Below, piece after piece: positions 11,533 through 24,967 of a stretch of DNA of 64,000 nt. The position numbers and the translations under genes are program-made. Origin of the DNA: Selaginella moellendorffii (Eukaryota; Plantae; Lycopodiophyta); the NCBI RefSeq assembly GCF_000143415.4, contig NW_003314278.1, forward strand, positions 833,157 to 897,156, in the 5' to 3' direction. Position 1 is the stretch's first letter. The number at the start of each line of letters is the position of its first letter. A model generated the notes under the pieces. That model worked only from the letters and a program-made list of their open reading frames with translations, did no database searches and was not told the origin of the DNA.

Positions 11533-11580
11533 ATCACCTTGGAAACACTTTCAACAAGAAAGAAAAACCAGTAGATTCCA

Positions 11581-12885
11581 TCACCTGCGACTTTTCCAAA
11601 TATACTTGTTTGTGTCCTCTTCATCATCGCTGCTGCCGCTGATCTTCTCGTCGTCAGGGTCCGAGTCTTCTAGCTCGTCCTCGGAACAATCTCCGTCTTC
11701 TTCGTCAGGATAGTCGCACTCGGGGCGATCCTCACCTGTAACGTATCTAGAGGTCAGGCGCTCCTTAAGGCATGGCCACACGAAACATTACGGTTTGAGT
11801 CCTCGCTGTCATAGTCGGAATCGACTTGTTCCTCTAATCCAAAGGCACACGAATCGCTCACTTGCAACCTGCAATTTGTCCCCGTGGAAATCTTCAAACC
11901 GAGGGTAAGGAAATGGCTCACGTTAGTAAGTCATCTTCTTCGTTCACATCTAGTTGTTCGTGCCCCGCCTGCTGTGCATACACGTCGTACACGAACTCCT
12001 CTGCAAGACAAGCTTGGCACATGTGAGGCCTCGTATGCATGGACGCTAACCGGTGGAGGCATCGGCGGGAGGAAAGTTTTCAGGGCAAAATTCCTTAAGG
12101 AGTGGCATGTACTTCATCAGCAGCTCGTTATCCTCGCGATCCCTGTCTTTTCGTGCTGGGTAATCCTGGTTGGCATTAGCGCCAGCTTACCTCTCTCTCG
12201 CTTCCTGATCACCTGTTGTTCGAACTACATCGTAGAGGTGAAAAAACTGGGGCATAACGTCCTCGCTCTCTAGACCCAGTCGATTCTTCCACACCTGCTT
12301 GTAGCGCGCGGCTTTGGCGTCTCTCTGCAAACAAGCTGTAGCACAGGCAGCAGCTTTGGGCCGGCGGAAGTACCTCGTGCTGCTCCCTGGCAGCCGCAGA
12401 TGCAGATGGCGTCTTGGCTCTTTTGAAACCGCTCTTCCTTGCCTCTTGCCTGGTTGCAGAAAGTTCGGACTGCAAGCATCCATCCACAGCCATCAGTTCG
12501 GATCAGATGGTGCGCAGCACACTCACCATGAGAGACTCTGACAGGGACGCATCCTTGACTTGTGACGCCTCGACAGTTTGAAGCCGGCAAAAGAGAAGCT
12601 TTCCTCCTCCTTGGCCACCTGGGGGGAAGGGAAGAAAGAAGCGACATGTGCACGTAGCAAGTAGCTTGGCTACCTGAGGGGTGGGGAGCGTCCAGCAGTG
12701 TCAAGTTGGCGGCATCGGCATCAAGCCCGCGACGCTTTGTAGCACTGCGCTCCAGCCCTGCGATGCCTTTGGTTGGGAGCGGCAGAGCAATGCGTAGCTA
12801 GCTGAGACTTACATAGGAGGTCCACGGGCTCATGGCAGCGCTTGCGTTTGATGCGCACCAGCGTCGGCTTGCTGCTTCCCGCCAT
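11581..12885 (-). CDS. RDM4: IWR1/RDM4/DMS4-like RNA polymerase import/transcription factor
   Basis: MAGSSKPTLVRIKRKR...WLE N-terminus; FFHLYDVVR; YDSEDSN...DYPDEED acidic Iwr1 motif; stop at 11581. Confidence 0.82.
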
Positions 12886-12927
12886 ACCCTGGGCACCTAG
12901 TGACACTAGTAGCACTAGGACTAGGGC

Positions 12928-15900
12928 ATGCCAATGTCGGTGGTGGCATGGCATTGGCATTGCCTGCCAGTGGTGCCCGGCGGGAGCAGCAGGCAGTGGG
13001 TGGCGTCCACCAGGAGCAGCAAGAGCACGGTGAGAGCCGCGTCGTTGGTGGTGGTGGCGGAGGAGGGCAACAGCGCCAAGGCCCTGGCGTGTAGCGCCGA
13101 GGAAATAAGCAGATTCGTCAAGGAGCAGCATGAGGTGCGAGGCGACATGGAGTCCCTGGGCGCCAGGTACGATATCAGCACAAAGCTGGTTGCCCGGGTG
13201 CTCCAGCAGCTCAGCGCCCACGTCCAGGCCGCTTATGCCTTCTTCCAGTGGGCGGGCACGCGCGCCACCTTCAGGCACACGAGCACCGTCTACAACCTCA
13301 TGCTGCAGCTGCTGTGCCGGGACAAGCAGCTCACGCTCTCGCTCCGCCTCGTCAACCAGATGCAAGCTCAGCACGTCCCCCTCACCAAGGACACGTTTGG
13401 CAGCTTGGCCCAGATGATGCTCGGCCGCGGTGGCGTGCAAGGTGGCGTGGAAGCTTTCATCAGGCTGGGAGCCTTGGGCTTCAAGTTCAACGCATTTGCC
13501 CACGACTGCCTGGTCAAAGTGATTCTCGAGGAGCAGCGCCTCGACATGGCCTTGGCCACCTACAAGCACCTGCTCAAGGCGGGCCTGCCGGTTGACGCGC
13601 ACACGGCCACCGCCATGGTCAAGGAGGTTTGCAAGCTGGGCAGGACGGAGCTTCTGGCGGAGCTGCTGGCGGAGCTGAGGCAAAAGGGTGTTGGCCTGTC
13701 GGAGGTGACGTGCACGGAATGCATCCAGGCGTTTGGCAGGGCGGGCGACTTGGACGCAGCCATGGGCATGCTGGATGACATGAGGCGGGGAAACTTCTGC
13801 CAGCCGGACACGGTGGCCTTCACCGCCGCCATGCACTGGCTGTGCGAGGTGCGAAGGGTGGAGCAGGCCATGACACTGTTCGACGACATGAGGGAGACGT
13901 GCGACTGCGCCCCCGACGTTGTCGCCTACAACACCCTGATTGCTGGCTACTGCAAGGCCGGTGACGGGGACCGGGCGCTCGACATGTTTCGGCGGCTCAA
14001 GCAGGAGGGCAGCTGCAAGCCAAACGCCGTTTCCTTCGACACACTCGTCATCTTCTTGTGCAAGATGAGCAGAGCAACTGACGCGCTCGCCGTCTTCCAG
14101 GAGATGCTCGGCGCAGGTCTTAAAGCCGACGTCAACGTGTGCAACACCCTCATCCACTGTACCTGTCGGCTGGGCATGCTGCGGCAAGCCCGCCGCCTTC
14201 TCCACCACATGACAGCGCATGCCTGTGCCCGCGATGCCTTCACCTATGGCATCCTTGTCAACGCGCACTGCAGAGCAGGACAGATGCATGAGGTTGCCTC
14301 GTTCATGGAACTCGCCCGACACGACGGCTGTGCTCTCTCGGCGGTCAACTACAATTTCATCATCCAAGGCTTCATCAGGTGTGGCAGGCTAGCTGAGGCC
14401 ACCCAGCTTTTCGAGAGCACTATGACCAAGGAGAGCGTCCCGGATGTCTTCACGTACAACCTGCTCATAGGTGCTCAAGGCAAGGCTGGCAACATGGACA
14501 AAGTGTGGGAGCTACTGTCGACAATGCAACGAGCAGGCTGCCAACCGGACCACTGCACGTTCAACAGCATCCTGCACGGCATGCGGAGGGCGGCCAGGAT
14601 TGACGACTTCCACAGGCTGTCGGCTGAGATGGCCAAGCACGCTGTACTCCCCACGGTGCACATGGCCAACGTTCTCGTCACTTGCCTTGCTCACGCCGGC
14701 AAGATGGAGGAGGCCTTGGATTTCCTGAGGGAATTCCCTGGCGGTGCTATTGAGGTGCCCGGCTACAACACTCTGATTGCCGCCTTGGCCAGGGCTGGCA
14801 AATTCGACGAGGCGTGCAACGTGTTTCTGGAGATGAAGGAGCTCAGTGTGGCCACGTGCGACTTGCTGCTCAGCGGCCTTGTTGACGCAGGAAGGAGCGA
14901 TGACATAGAGAGGGTGATCAGCGAGGCCAGAAGCGTGGGCCTTGCGTCAGAGGACGTGATGTACAGCTCCCTCATCAGGGTTCTGTGCAAGAAAGCCGGG
15001 GGGCTTGAGGATGCCCGCAGGTACTTGCGGCTGATGCAAGGGAAGGGGCTCTGCCTCTCATCAGCTGGGCACGGTTCCTTGCTCACAGCTCTGTGCAAGT
15101 CAAAGCAGCTCGAGGAAGCCTTGACCCTTTTTCAAGAGGCGGAGCAAGGAGGAGTCGTTCTGGATGTTTTCACGTACAGCTACCTCATGGATGCTTTTGG
15201 AAAGGCAGGGAGAGCGGCCAAGGCTTTGGAGGTGTTTTATAACATGCAAAAGGCGGGTTGCATGCCCGACACCGTTGTTTACAACGTGTTGATCAGCTGC
15301 CTCGGTAAGCAGGGTAAAGTTGACGAAGCGCTAGAGCTGCTCGAGGACATGAACAGGAAAGGGATCATGCCAGATTGCCGCACCTACAACATCGTCATCG
15401 ATGTTCTGAGCAGCTGCGGGAGGTATGAGAAGGCGTACAGCTTCTTCGGCATGATGAAGAGAAGGAAGCATTCTCCGGACGTGGTCACCTACAACACTCT
15501 CCTCAACGGCCTTAAAAAGCTGCGCAGGACCGACGAAGCTTGCGATCTGTTCGACGAGATGCAGGCCAACAAGTGCATGCCAGACTTGACGACCTTCGGA
15601 ACGCTCATCGATACTCTTGCCAAGGCTGGAAGAATGGAGGACGCCCTTGAGCAAAGCGCTCGACTCGTGAAGATGGGCCACGCTCCAAACTCGTACATAT
15701 ACAATGCCCTCATCTCCGGCTTCTGTAGGAGCGGTCAAGTGGACAAGGGGTACGAACTGTTTCAGGACATGATTGAATGCAGCTGCTTCCCCGACTCCAT
15801 CACCTATACCATCTTGGTGCTTGGTTTCAGCCGGCGGGGCCACACGAGCATGGCCATGGAGCTGCTCCAGGAGATGGTGAGGGAGGGGCACACACCTGCC

Positions 15901-16059
15901 CTTGCCACCTATAACGTGCTCATCCGGAGCTTGAGCATGGCCGGGCAAGTGGAAGACGCGTACACACTCTTCAAGGAGATGATTGCCAAAGGCTTCAACC
16001 CAGACATGCAAACGTACTCGGCGCTTCCCAACCTCAGCACTCCCAACAAAAGCGTGTAG
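12928..16059 (+). CDS. P-class pentatricopeptide repeat protein, 1043 aa, intronless
   Basis: AYAFFQWA...HTSTVYN lead-in followed by many 35-aa PDVVxYNTLIxGxCK repeats; no E/DYW domain. Confidence 0.95.
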   Translation: MPMSVVAWHWHCLPVVPGGSSRQWVASTRSSKSTVRAASLVVVAEEGNSAKALACSAEEISRFVKEQHEVRGDMESLGARYDISTKLVARVLQQLSAHVQAAYAFFQWAGTRATFRHTSTVYNLMLQLLCRDKQLTLSLRLVNQMQAQHVPLTKDTFGSLAQMMLGRGGVQGGVEAFIRLGALGFKFNAFAHDCLVKVILEEQRLDMALATYKHLLKAGLPVDAHTATAMVKEVCKLGRTELLAELLAELRQKGVGLSEVTCTECIQAFGRAGDLDAAMGMLDDMRRGNFCQPDTVAFTAAMHWLCEVRRVEQAMTLFDDMRETCDCAPDVVAYNTLIAGYCKAGDGDRALDMFRRLKQEGSCKPNAVSFDTLVIFLCKMSRATDALAVFQEMLGAGLKADVNVCNTLIHCTCRLGMLRQARRLLHHMTAHACARDAFTYGILVNAHCRAGQMHEVASFMELARHDGCALSAVNYNFIIQGFIRCGRLAEATQLFESTMTKESVPDVFTYNLLIGAQGKAGNMDKVWELLSTMQRAGCQPDHCTFNSILHGMRRAARIDDFHRLSAEMAKHAVLPTVHMANVLVTCLAHAGKMEEALDFLREFPGGAIEVPGYNTLIAALARAGKFDEACNVFLEMKELSVATCDLLLSGLVDAGRSDDIERVISEARSVGLASEDVMYSSLIRVLCKKAGGLEDARRYLRLMQGKGLCLSSAGHGSLLTALCKSKQLEEALTLFQEAEQGGVVLDVFTYSYLMDAFGKAGRAAKALEVFYNMQKAGCMPDTVVYNVLISCLGKQGKVDEALELLEDMNRKGIMPDCRTYNIVIDVLSSCGRYEKAYSFFGMMKRRKHSPDVVTYNTLLNGLKKLRRTDEACDLFDEMQANKCMPDLTTFGTLIDTLAKAGRMEDALEQSARLVKMGHAPNSYIYNALISGFCRSGQVDKGYELFQDMIECSCFPDSITYTILVLGFSRRGHTSMAMELLQEMVREGHTPALATYNVLIRSLSMAGQVEDAYTLFKEMIAKGFNPDMQTYSALPNLSTPNKSV

Positions 16060-16111
16060 CTTACTAACATTATTTTCGCGGAGACGATTACCTTTACAAA
16101 ATCAGAATCAC

Positions 16112-17652
16112 TCAGTTGTGCGGCAAGGCTTTCCCGGAGCCAGGATTGGTGAGCAGTTTTACAGTGGATCTCTTCCTCAGGCGGGGTGTCATGAGTCCAG
16201 TTTGTATGCGCGTCTTGATTGCCTTTTCCTGGGAAAGCAAAACAAGCAACAAGGTAAAAAATGGATGGAATTATTGGGAATTCTGGTGCCAAAGGTCTCA
16301 CTATTCGCATCGGGTAAGTGTCCGCTTACCATGACGTGGCACCCCTCCTCAAACTTCTCCAGGAAACCGCTGACCCAGCGATCGGCATTCTCCACCCACT
16401 CGCTGTGATGCATCCCAGCGGTCCTGGCAACAGTGTTGAGCTGCGCAGTGCATTGCATGACGGGGATGAGTAGCGGGCTGACACATTCTCGACTTACTCT
16501 CTGTCCAACACGTTCTTGCTGCTCCTTGACCTTCTGGCGCAGCTTCCGCATTCCCATGTTGACTTGCAACTGCTTTTCCTGCGATCCAGCACAGAATCAG
16601 CTCCGGCAAAAGGCTTGCCACCTCGTCTCTCACCTTGACGTAGCTCACCCCCAGCTCCTTTCTCGAGTAGCCGCGAGCGAGGTTGCGCATGACATACTCA
16701 TTGTAGTCCTTGATGATCCGCATGATGAGATCCGAAGTGGAGACACCGTCCGTTCGCTTGGTTTCCATGAACTTCCCGGCGGCTTTAACCTGCACCATGC
16801 GGAACTGATCAGAGACGACAACCAAATCATGCGCGAGCGCGTACAAAGTGATAGACGTCCTTGCTTGCTCCACTAGTATCAGCGTACCTGTAGCGATTTA
16901 GCCAGCTGGTGTCAGTCAGTCAGGAACACCAAAGCCAAACTTACGGCAGCGCGTCATGGGCCACATAATCAATGCGGTGCTTGTCCAGAAACTCCTGAGT
17001 GATAACCCATGGCGCATCCTCGACCACCTCGTCCACCCACCTGAGAGCAGCATGGAATCTGGAGGTGCTAGCTAGATGAGATATGTACCTGCAATGGCGT
17101 AGTGACTCGTATCGTTCGGCCTCGCTCATCACCGTCTTGCCCTTGTACTTGTGGGTCAGGGCATCGCTGCAGCAGCCGACGAGCAAGTAGGTGTTGGGAA
17201 ATCTGCCACAATGCCCCCAACCAGAGTGAAGACACAGAGTGAAGAGAGGGAGATACTACTACTCACAGCTTCTTGGCCTGCTCAAGGGATCGAGCATGGC
17301 CGAAGTGGAAGAGGTCGTAGATGCCATCCGCGTATACCCTTGTGGGACGACTGCTCTCATCCGGTGGCGGTGAAGGGTGCGGCTGGTAGCGTAGCCGATG
17401 ACCTGCTTTCTCCTCCTCTTCCTCCTCCTCCTCCTCCTCATCGTCATCCTCCTCCTCCTCCTCCTCCTCCTCCTCTTCCTCCTCGCTAGTGCCGCTCACT
17501 GCCTGCTCGCCGTCCCCATTCATTCCGGGCTCTTCCAATTCCTCGAATTCCTCCTCGTCCGTCGCGTCCTCGTATGTGGTGGCCTCCTCCTCGCCCATTG
17601 CCTGGCTCGCCAGCCTCTTCTGCGTGCTACTCACCCGCGACCGACTGCCCAT
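16112..17652 (-). CDS. CCT: CTP:phosphocholine cytidylyltransferase
   Basis: [96 protein letters not shown]. Confidence 0.95.
17409..17483. repeat. (CCT)n trinucleotide tract encoding the poly-Glu/Asp N-terminal region of CCT
   Basis: Tandem cct/tcc units in frame with [25 protein letters not shown]. Confidence 0.9.
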
Positions 17653-17869
17653 GCCGCTACTGCTACTCTGAGTCAATCAATCTTTCGCCTCGCCTGCCCC
17701 ACCAAGCTAGGGCCAGGGTGCCTGCCGCAATTCCACGTAGCCTCCCACGTGCTCCATCGCCACCAATCCTCCCTCGTATACCTGACCTAGGCCTGGGTGC
17801 GGAACACCTGAAATCTCAAATCGTAACTCTCTCTCTTTCTTTACATGGATCTGAAGCATGTAAATATAT

Positions 17870-20301
17870 CTATCTTGGCCCCGATAGGTCCACAGCTTCC
17901 AGGTCGGAGTTGGAATCTTCCACGAGCTCGTAGTACCTGCGTGGTATGAGCTGAGCCTCGCGGCTTCGTCGAGTCTCCACCTTTTGCCATTCCTCCCATC
18001 TCTCGGCCAGGCCGTCGCCTTCGAGCATCCTCACCACCTCCGACATCTTGGGCCGGTCCGCTGGAAACATCTGCGTGCACAGCAGTGCCACCTGCACCAT
18101 CTCCTCCAGCTCCACTGCGTTGTAGTTCCCCTTGAGCTCCGCATCCACCAATCGATCCAGGTTGTTGGCGTGTTGCAGCTGCTTCACCTGTTGCAGCCAC
18201 TTAGAAGACCAAGGACAATAGCACTCGGTGACAGGCTCACCCAGTCGAGAAGCATCACGTCCTTGTTGGTGAGGAGGCGGTTGAAGTCGAACGCTCCCTG
18301 CCCGGTGATTAGCTCCAGCAGAAGAATGCCGAAACCAAACACATCGGTCTTCTCCGATGACTGGCCCGTCGACAGATATTCTGGCGCAATGTGACCCACC
18401 GTGCCGCGCACAGCCGTTGTGACGTGAGATTCTCGGTGGTCTAGCAGCTTTGCCAGGCCAAAGTCCCCCACCACAGCCTCAAAATCTTCGTCCAGTAGAA
18501 TGTTGGCAGCCTTGACGTCCCGGTGGATAATCTTAGGATCGCAGTGCTCGTGAAGGTACAACAGACCCCGTGCCGACCCCAGGGCGATGCGCTTCCGAGT
18601 TGGCCAGTCCAATGCTGGCTTGCCGCATATTAAGTCTGCCAGCCCCCCACCCTTGAGCACCGCAAACATTTCAAAGGCTACGTACCGCGGAGACGTGACG
18701 CCACGCTGCCATTGGGCATGTACGGGTACACGAGCAGCCTCTCGGTTGGCGTCATGCAGAAGCCTTTGAGGCGGAGAAGGTTCCGGTGCACAGCTAGGCT
18801 TATCATCTCCACCTCCATTTGGAACTGATACTCACCACCGTTGCTGGACCCCTCCTTGAGGCGCTTGACGGCGATAGGGGTCCCGTCCGGCAGTGTCCCC
18901 TTGTACACAATGCCAAACCCGCCCCGACCAAGGATGTTTTTCATGTCGAAATTATCGGTGGCCGTCTGGAGCTCCCGGAAGGAAAACTTTTTGAGCTGCC
19001 CCAAGGCAACCTCGGGATCCTGTTGTTCTGAGCAAGCCAAGTATGTATACACACGTGTGAGGGCCGTCACATGAAGGCAGGGCTCACCATTCACGTCGAA
19101 AAAGACCTGACGGTTGTGGTGGCGTTTCCACCACACCGCTCCAAATGCCAAGAGAGACGCGAGCAGAAATGCAGCAACCGCCAGTCCCGACGCCAGAGCT
19201 CCCCGGCTTGCACTCCCACCCGATCCAACTGCAAGCTAAAAGCTGAAATGAAGCGATCATTTGAGTGGCCTACCTCTTTGGCTCAATGGCTCCAGGTGCC
19301 GAGGAGGGTCTCCTGGACATATCCTGCTCGTCTTGGAGCCACACAGCAGAGGGTTGCCTTTGACACTGCAGCGAGCGAATGAATAGAAGGTTGCTTAGTG
19401 CTACAGTCAAGACTTACTTGAGGTTGGCTGTTGTCGCATTGGGCACATTCCCACTGAGGTTGTTGAAGGACACGTCCCTGTGCGCACCACACTCACAAAC
19501 GGCTGTCAAAGTCAAAAGGAGGCCTGGGCCTGGTTTCAGTCATAGCTAAAACGTACAGGAAGTCGAGAGCCCTGATGGTGGCCACCGAAACGGGGAAGGC
19601 TCCGCTCAAGCTGTTGTTGTTGAGCCGCCTTGACACCAACAAAGTTAGCCGCTAAACACGAGGCATCAAGTGACTCTGACTCACAGGTACTGCAGCGTCT
19701 GTAGCTTGCCCAAGGTGGAAGGAATGGGGTCGCTAAGGTTGTTGTTGGAGAGGTCGACACTGATGATCCTGCTCCAGTTTCCAAACTCGGGGGGAATAGG
19801 CCCGGACAGGTTATTGTTCTGAAGCATCCTGCGATCAATAACACAGGGTAAGATGGAAAGTTTGGTGCTTGCACAAGCTTACAGATACTGCAAGTTAGCG
19901 AGGTCGGCGAGGCGAGGCGAGAGCTGCCCCGATAGCTGCAACCCCGGGAGTTCACTGCAGGCAAGGAACAAAGGGTTGGAGACCAGACAAGGCAAGCACA
20001 CATACACCCTGGAGACGTTTTGCTCGGAGCAAGAGACGTGAATCCAGGAGCAAGGATCAACGGCGTTCTTATCCCATCCCGACATTGCGTTCTGCGGATC
20101 CACCAGGCTCTGCTTGAAGGCAAAGAGAGCGGACACTGGGGACACACACACGAGCGAGGGTTGTACCCCAAGCAAGCAAAAGAGAGCGCGTTTACCTTCG
20201 ATGTTGAATCCATTCTGGTTGAGGGCCGCCTCAACGGCGGGGTGCAGGTGCAGCAGCTGACACAAGAGGAGCAAGAGCACAGCGGCAGCGTCTTGTTCCA
20301 T
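17870..20301 (-). CDS. LRR receptor-like kinase subfamily II (NIK/CIK-like, SERK-related)
   Basis: Signal peptide, [11 protein letters not shown], short LRR exons, [50 protein letters not shown]-terminal LSGPR. Confidence 0.95.
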
Positions 20302-20391
20302 GAAAACTCCCCCACTTTCCTCTCTTTATTAAAGGCTATATAGGGCTTTTATTTGGAGCATTTTATTCACTTCATATTCCAGTGTCACACA

Positions 20392-21585
<1,194 letters not shown>

Positions 21586-21981
21586 TCAATCAATTCACGT
21601 ACTTATCCATACATCATCCCCGCCGATGCAACAACGGGGTGCTTCACCCCTAGTGTGATGAAAAGAGTGAGGAGCCGTGCCGTCATTTATATAACTAAAG
21701 TGCAAGGAGATCCTTGTGAGCAAGTGGATAGGTTTCAGCCACACGCAACTCACCCGATCGTTCTCTGTTATCATTAAGTCTTCCATGCGGTTGGCTTGGG
21801 ATAGGTGTGTAGTTGGAAATTTCAAAACCAATTCAGCTTATATTTTTATTGGCCAATTCACTAGCATTTATGGACAAAGATAGAAAATTCATGTGGATTT
21901 TTATATTGCTTTTGCTTTACTTGAGATTCTGTAATAAGCTGCATTGCAAGATCCTACCAGCTTGGCACTTAGCATAGATCC

Positions 21982-22016
21982 ATGAGGAGACAGCGTCAAT
22001 CATCGCTAGCGGGAAG

Positions 22017-22055
<39 letters not shown>

Positions 22056-23300
22056 CTCGCAATCTCGCAAGCCTGTGATGAAAGGAATGCACCCTTCTCC
22101 TTGGGACAGCCACAGCTCCATGGCCGTCGGGTCTAAGCTCTATGTGTTTGGTGGTATTGATGGAACCAGCATGCTCGATGGTCTCTTTGTTTTGGATAAT
22201 GGTAAGCTCTGAGTTCTATCATTTTGTTTTTCTCGTTCTTATCATCCAATGCAGCTACCAACACCTGGGGGAAACCCGACGTTTTTGGTGATGTTCCTGC
22301 TCCAAGAGAAGGACATAGCGTGTCTCTCATCGGTGACAACCTGTTCGTGTTTGGGGGATGTGGGAAATCCAGCGATCCCTCAGAGTAGGAGTACTACAAC
22401 GTCCTCCATGTTTTGAACACGAGTAATATTCTGTTATCTTTCTTTGTTTTCTTCTAAACTTTTTTTTTTCTTATAGATACTTTTGTCTGGAAGAAGATTT
22501 CTACCATTGGAGTCTCACCTATTCCTCGGGATAGCCATACCTGCTCTTCCTATAAGAACTGTTTCGTTGTCACAGGTGGCGAGGACGGTGGTAATCCAGA
22601 AACAATGGCATGGTGGGAGGTAAAGACGACTGGTGCCGAGCTGATGCCAGGAGCTGGGCACACAACAATCAGCCATGGAAAGTTTCTCACTTGTAGGTAG
22701 ATTTGTTTTCTGTTGGTCTCTCATGGGGCTTTTACGTATTTTGTAGCGACTGGTGTTTGGGCGACTTCGAATCCCTCTGGTCCCTGGCCTTCTCCACGTT
22801 TCTCCCTTGCAGGAGATTCCGTGGATGCAGAGTGAGGCATATTATTCTTCTATGAGGGATGTAACGAAAAGCTTGAAGCTCTAGATGACATGTATTTCCC
22901 TTTTATTGACATTGCTGCCATTCTTGACAATATGGTTGCTGTTTTTATGTGAAGAGATGCTGAGGGAGAAAGATCCATCAGAACCAAAGCTATCCATGCG
23001 TAAGGAACTTAAGAGAAGGCGGCAAAAGTATCGTGCCACGCCATTCGTGCTAGACAAGCAACGGGATGCGGACAAGATCTCACGGAGGTATCTGTGGAAA
23101 ACCTTGGACCTCTCCAATTTTTCCCTGTCAAACTCATGCTACAGAGTTTTAAGCTCACGTTCAGCCGCTAGGCGAGAAGATGTTCGAGGCTAGAGAAAGC
23201 GATGTATTCAACTACGGATACACGCTAGAAGCGTCCATCGATGGGAAGCTCTTCTGTGGGCTGCTCTTCTCGTACAACCCTGGCTTTGCTCAGGCTCCTC
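21982..23300 (+). pseudogene. Kelch-repeat protein fragment with retained introns
   Basis: PSPWDSHSSMAVGSKLYVFGG, PAPREGHSVSLIGDNLFVFGGCGK, C-terminal GYTLEASIDGKLFCGLLFS; in-frame TAG at ~22386 and TGA at ~22833; internal deletions. Confidence 0.8.
22020..22052. repeat. (CT)n microsatellite
   Basis: About 16 CT units. Confidence 0.95.
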
Positions 23301-23379
23301 AGTTACTCTCTAAAGCCAGGAAGGAAAAAATCACAGGAGGAAACCACAGGACGTCCAAAAGGCCGTAGTAAAGGCCAAA

Positions 23380-23539
23380 CCGTGTGTATGCAGCTGCATT
23401 GGAGGATTTGGTTGGGTCGCTGACGCAAGGAAAGTTTGCCGACTTTGTGGTGTTGTCCGAGTCTCCTTTTGGACAGGGCACGGGCATTTTTCCTCGAGTG
23501 GTTACGTTCGTTGGTGGAAATATTGCCTTCCTTTCTTAA
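23380..23539 (+). pseudogene. C-terminal fragment of an amidohydrolase-3 (LAF3/YtcJ-like) gene
   Basis: YAAALEDLVGSLTQGKFADFVVLSESPF...VVTFVGG matches the GSLxxGKxADxVVL amidohydrolase tail. Confidence 0.75.
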
Positions 23540-23584
23540 GGCGTTATTCCATAATTATTTGGTCTTTTAAATATAGCATATTTG

Positions 23585-23720
23585 TGAGAAGATTGGTGAG
23601 GAGAAAGCAGCCAGAATCATCAAGCAGCTGGTAAAGACCTTCAAATAGATTTATTTGAGGGGCGTGGTTCACCAGGATCTCAAGCTCGACAACATTCTTT
23701 CCAAGCTAAACATGTGTGAC
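23585..23720 (+). pseudogene. Ser/Thr kinase (CAMK-group-like) fragment, subdomains VIa-VIb
   Basis: IGEEKAARIIKQLVKTFK*IYLRGVVHQDLKLDNIL, with a stop and HRD changed to HQD. Confidence 0.7.
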
Positions 23721-24967
23721 AAAGTGGTGATCAGCACCTTTAGGAGATATCACCACAGCAAAGTACATGGCAGCTTGGTGGAGAACAAGGATTGGAGCTC
23801 TACATGGCAGCCTACTCTACTTTCTTACAGACAAAGCCATGAACTGTTTTTAAAAAAACCATTTCTGAAGGAATAAGACAGCATTAAATAAACTGTTGTG
23901 TATGTATGTGTTTATAGACACAACTTTGAAGCCATGAGCTTGGTTTGATTTGGTACATGATATTTGTACATTAACTCAGGGCATAGAAATGATTTTCATG
24001 TTTGATTTTATTTAGTGTTTTGCTCTCTCTTGTAAAGGTTTTAGGTAAAAAACAAAATGTCTATATGTCGTTCCAGATCACGATCCTAAAAACGCTTAAA
24101 ACATTCAAAAGGAAGCGTGCAGGCAGAAAACAGTTCAGAAGAGTGACCTGCACATACAAGAATCTCTATTCTATTGTGCTATTGCTATGTTTGCTTGAAT
24201 ACAAAACAGAAAAAAAAACAAAAAAACTTATCTATAAGAAACTGCATCATTGCATGATGATCTAAACAGAACTAACACCTACCAAAGCTATTCTACTTTG
24301 CTGAAATCTACTAGCCTAATATACAAATTGAAATAACTAGCTGGAAATGGGCCGCAAAAGAAAGCAGAAAACTGTGGATGCCATTTTAGAAGGGGATGTA
24401 ATTGTAGCAAATGCTACTGGAAATCAAGAATTCATACCTTTTACCACTAATGTGGAGATTTTTTTGGAAACTAATATGGGCAAAAACAATGTTTGCAGAA
24501 TATGTGAAACCGGAGATGTTATGCCAACTGGCAACACCCATGGATTTGTCAAAAATTGCAGCATTAAGATCGACAAGCTGTGAAGGAGTGGTGTAAAAAA
24601 GAGTGCTCTCGGCCTTGAGAACGACTTGGGCATGAAGAAAGTTCGAGTGGCTTAAAAGAAAATGCCAGCAGTAAGTTTCTATTTCCTTTTCACCATTACT
24701 AACTTCATTTGCTTGCGTTTTTCTTTTTTGTATTCTCTGGACATCAACATCTCTTATGTCTATGGCTGGAAAACATTTTTGGTGGCTGCCGAGAACAACT
24801 GTGGAATGAAAACAAGTTGGAAAGAAAAGGAAAACGAGGGAGTTGAAATGTAAAGAAAGAATTGTAAAACATTTATTGCTATATAAATAAAGACCAAAGT
24901 TGAATCGAGATCTTTCGCTAATCATCCAATATATTTAAACGAAAGAGCCTCATTGATCATTGCAGTA

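Noticed and set aside
12721-14367. 548-aa minus-strand ORF (also 10318-11316 and 15331-16011)
   Set aside because: Antisense shadows of GC3-rich intronless PPR and ATase genes; only the last part of 12721-14367 is real (IWR1 exon 1)
24347-24583. 78-aa ORF with a CxxC..GNT motif (BED-finger-like)
   Set aside because: Lacks the conserved His pair and any downstream transposase motifs; cannot be assigned
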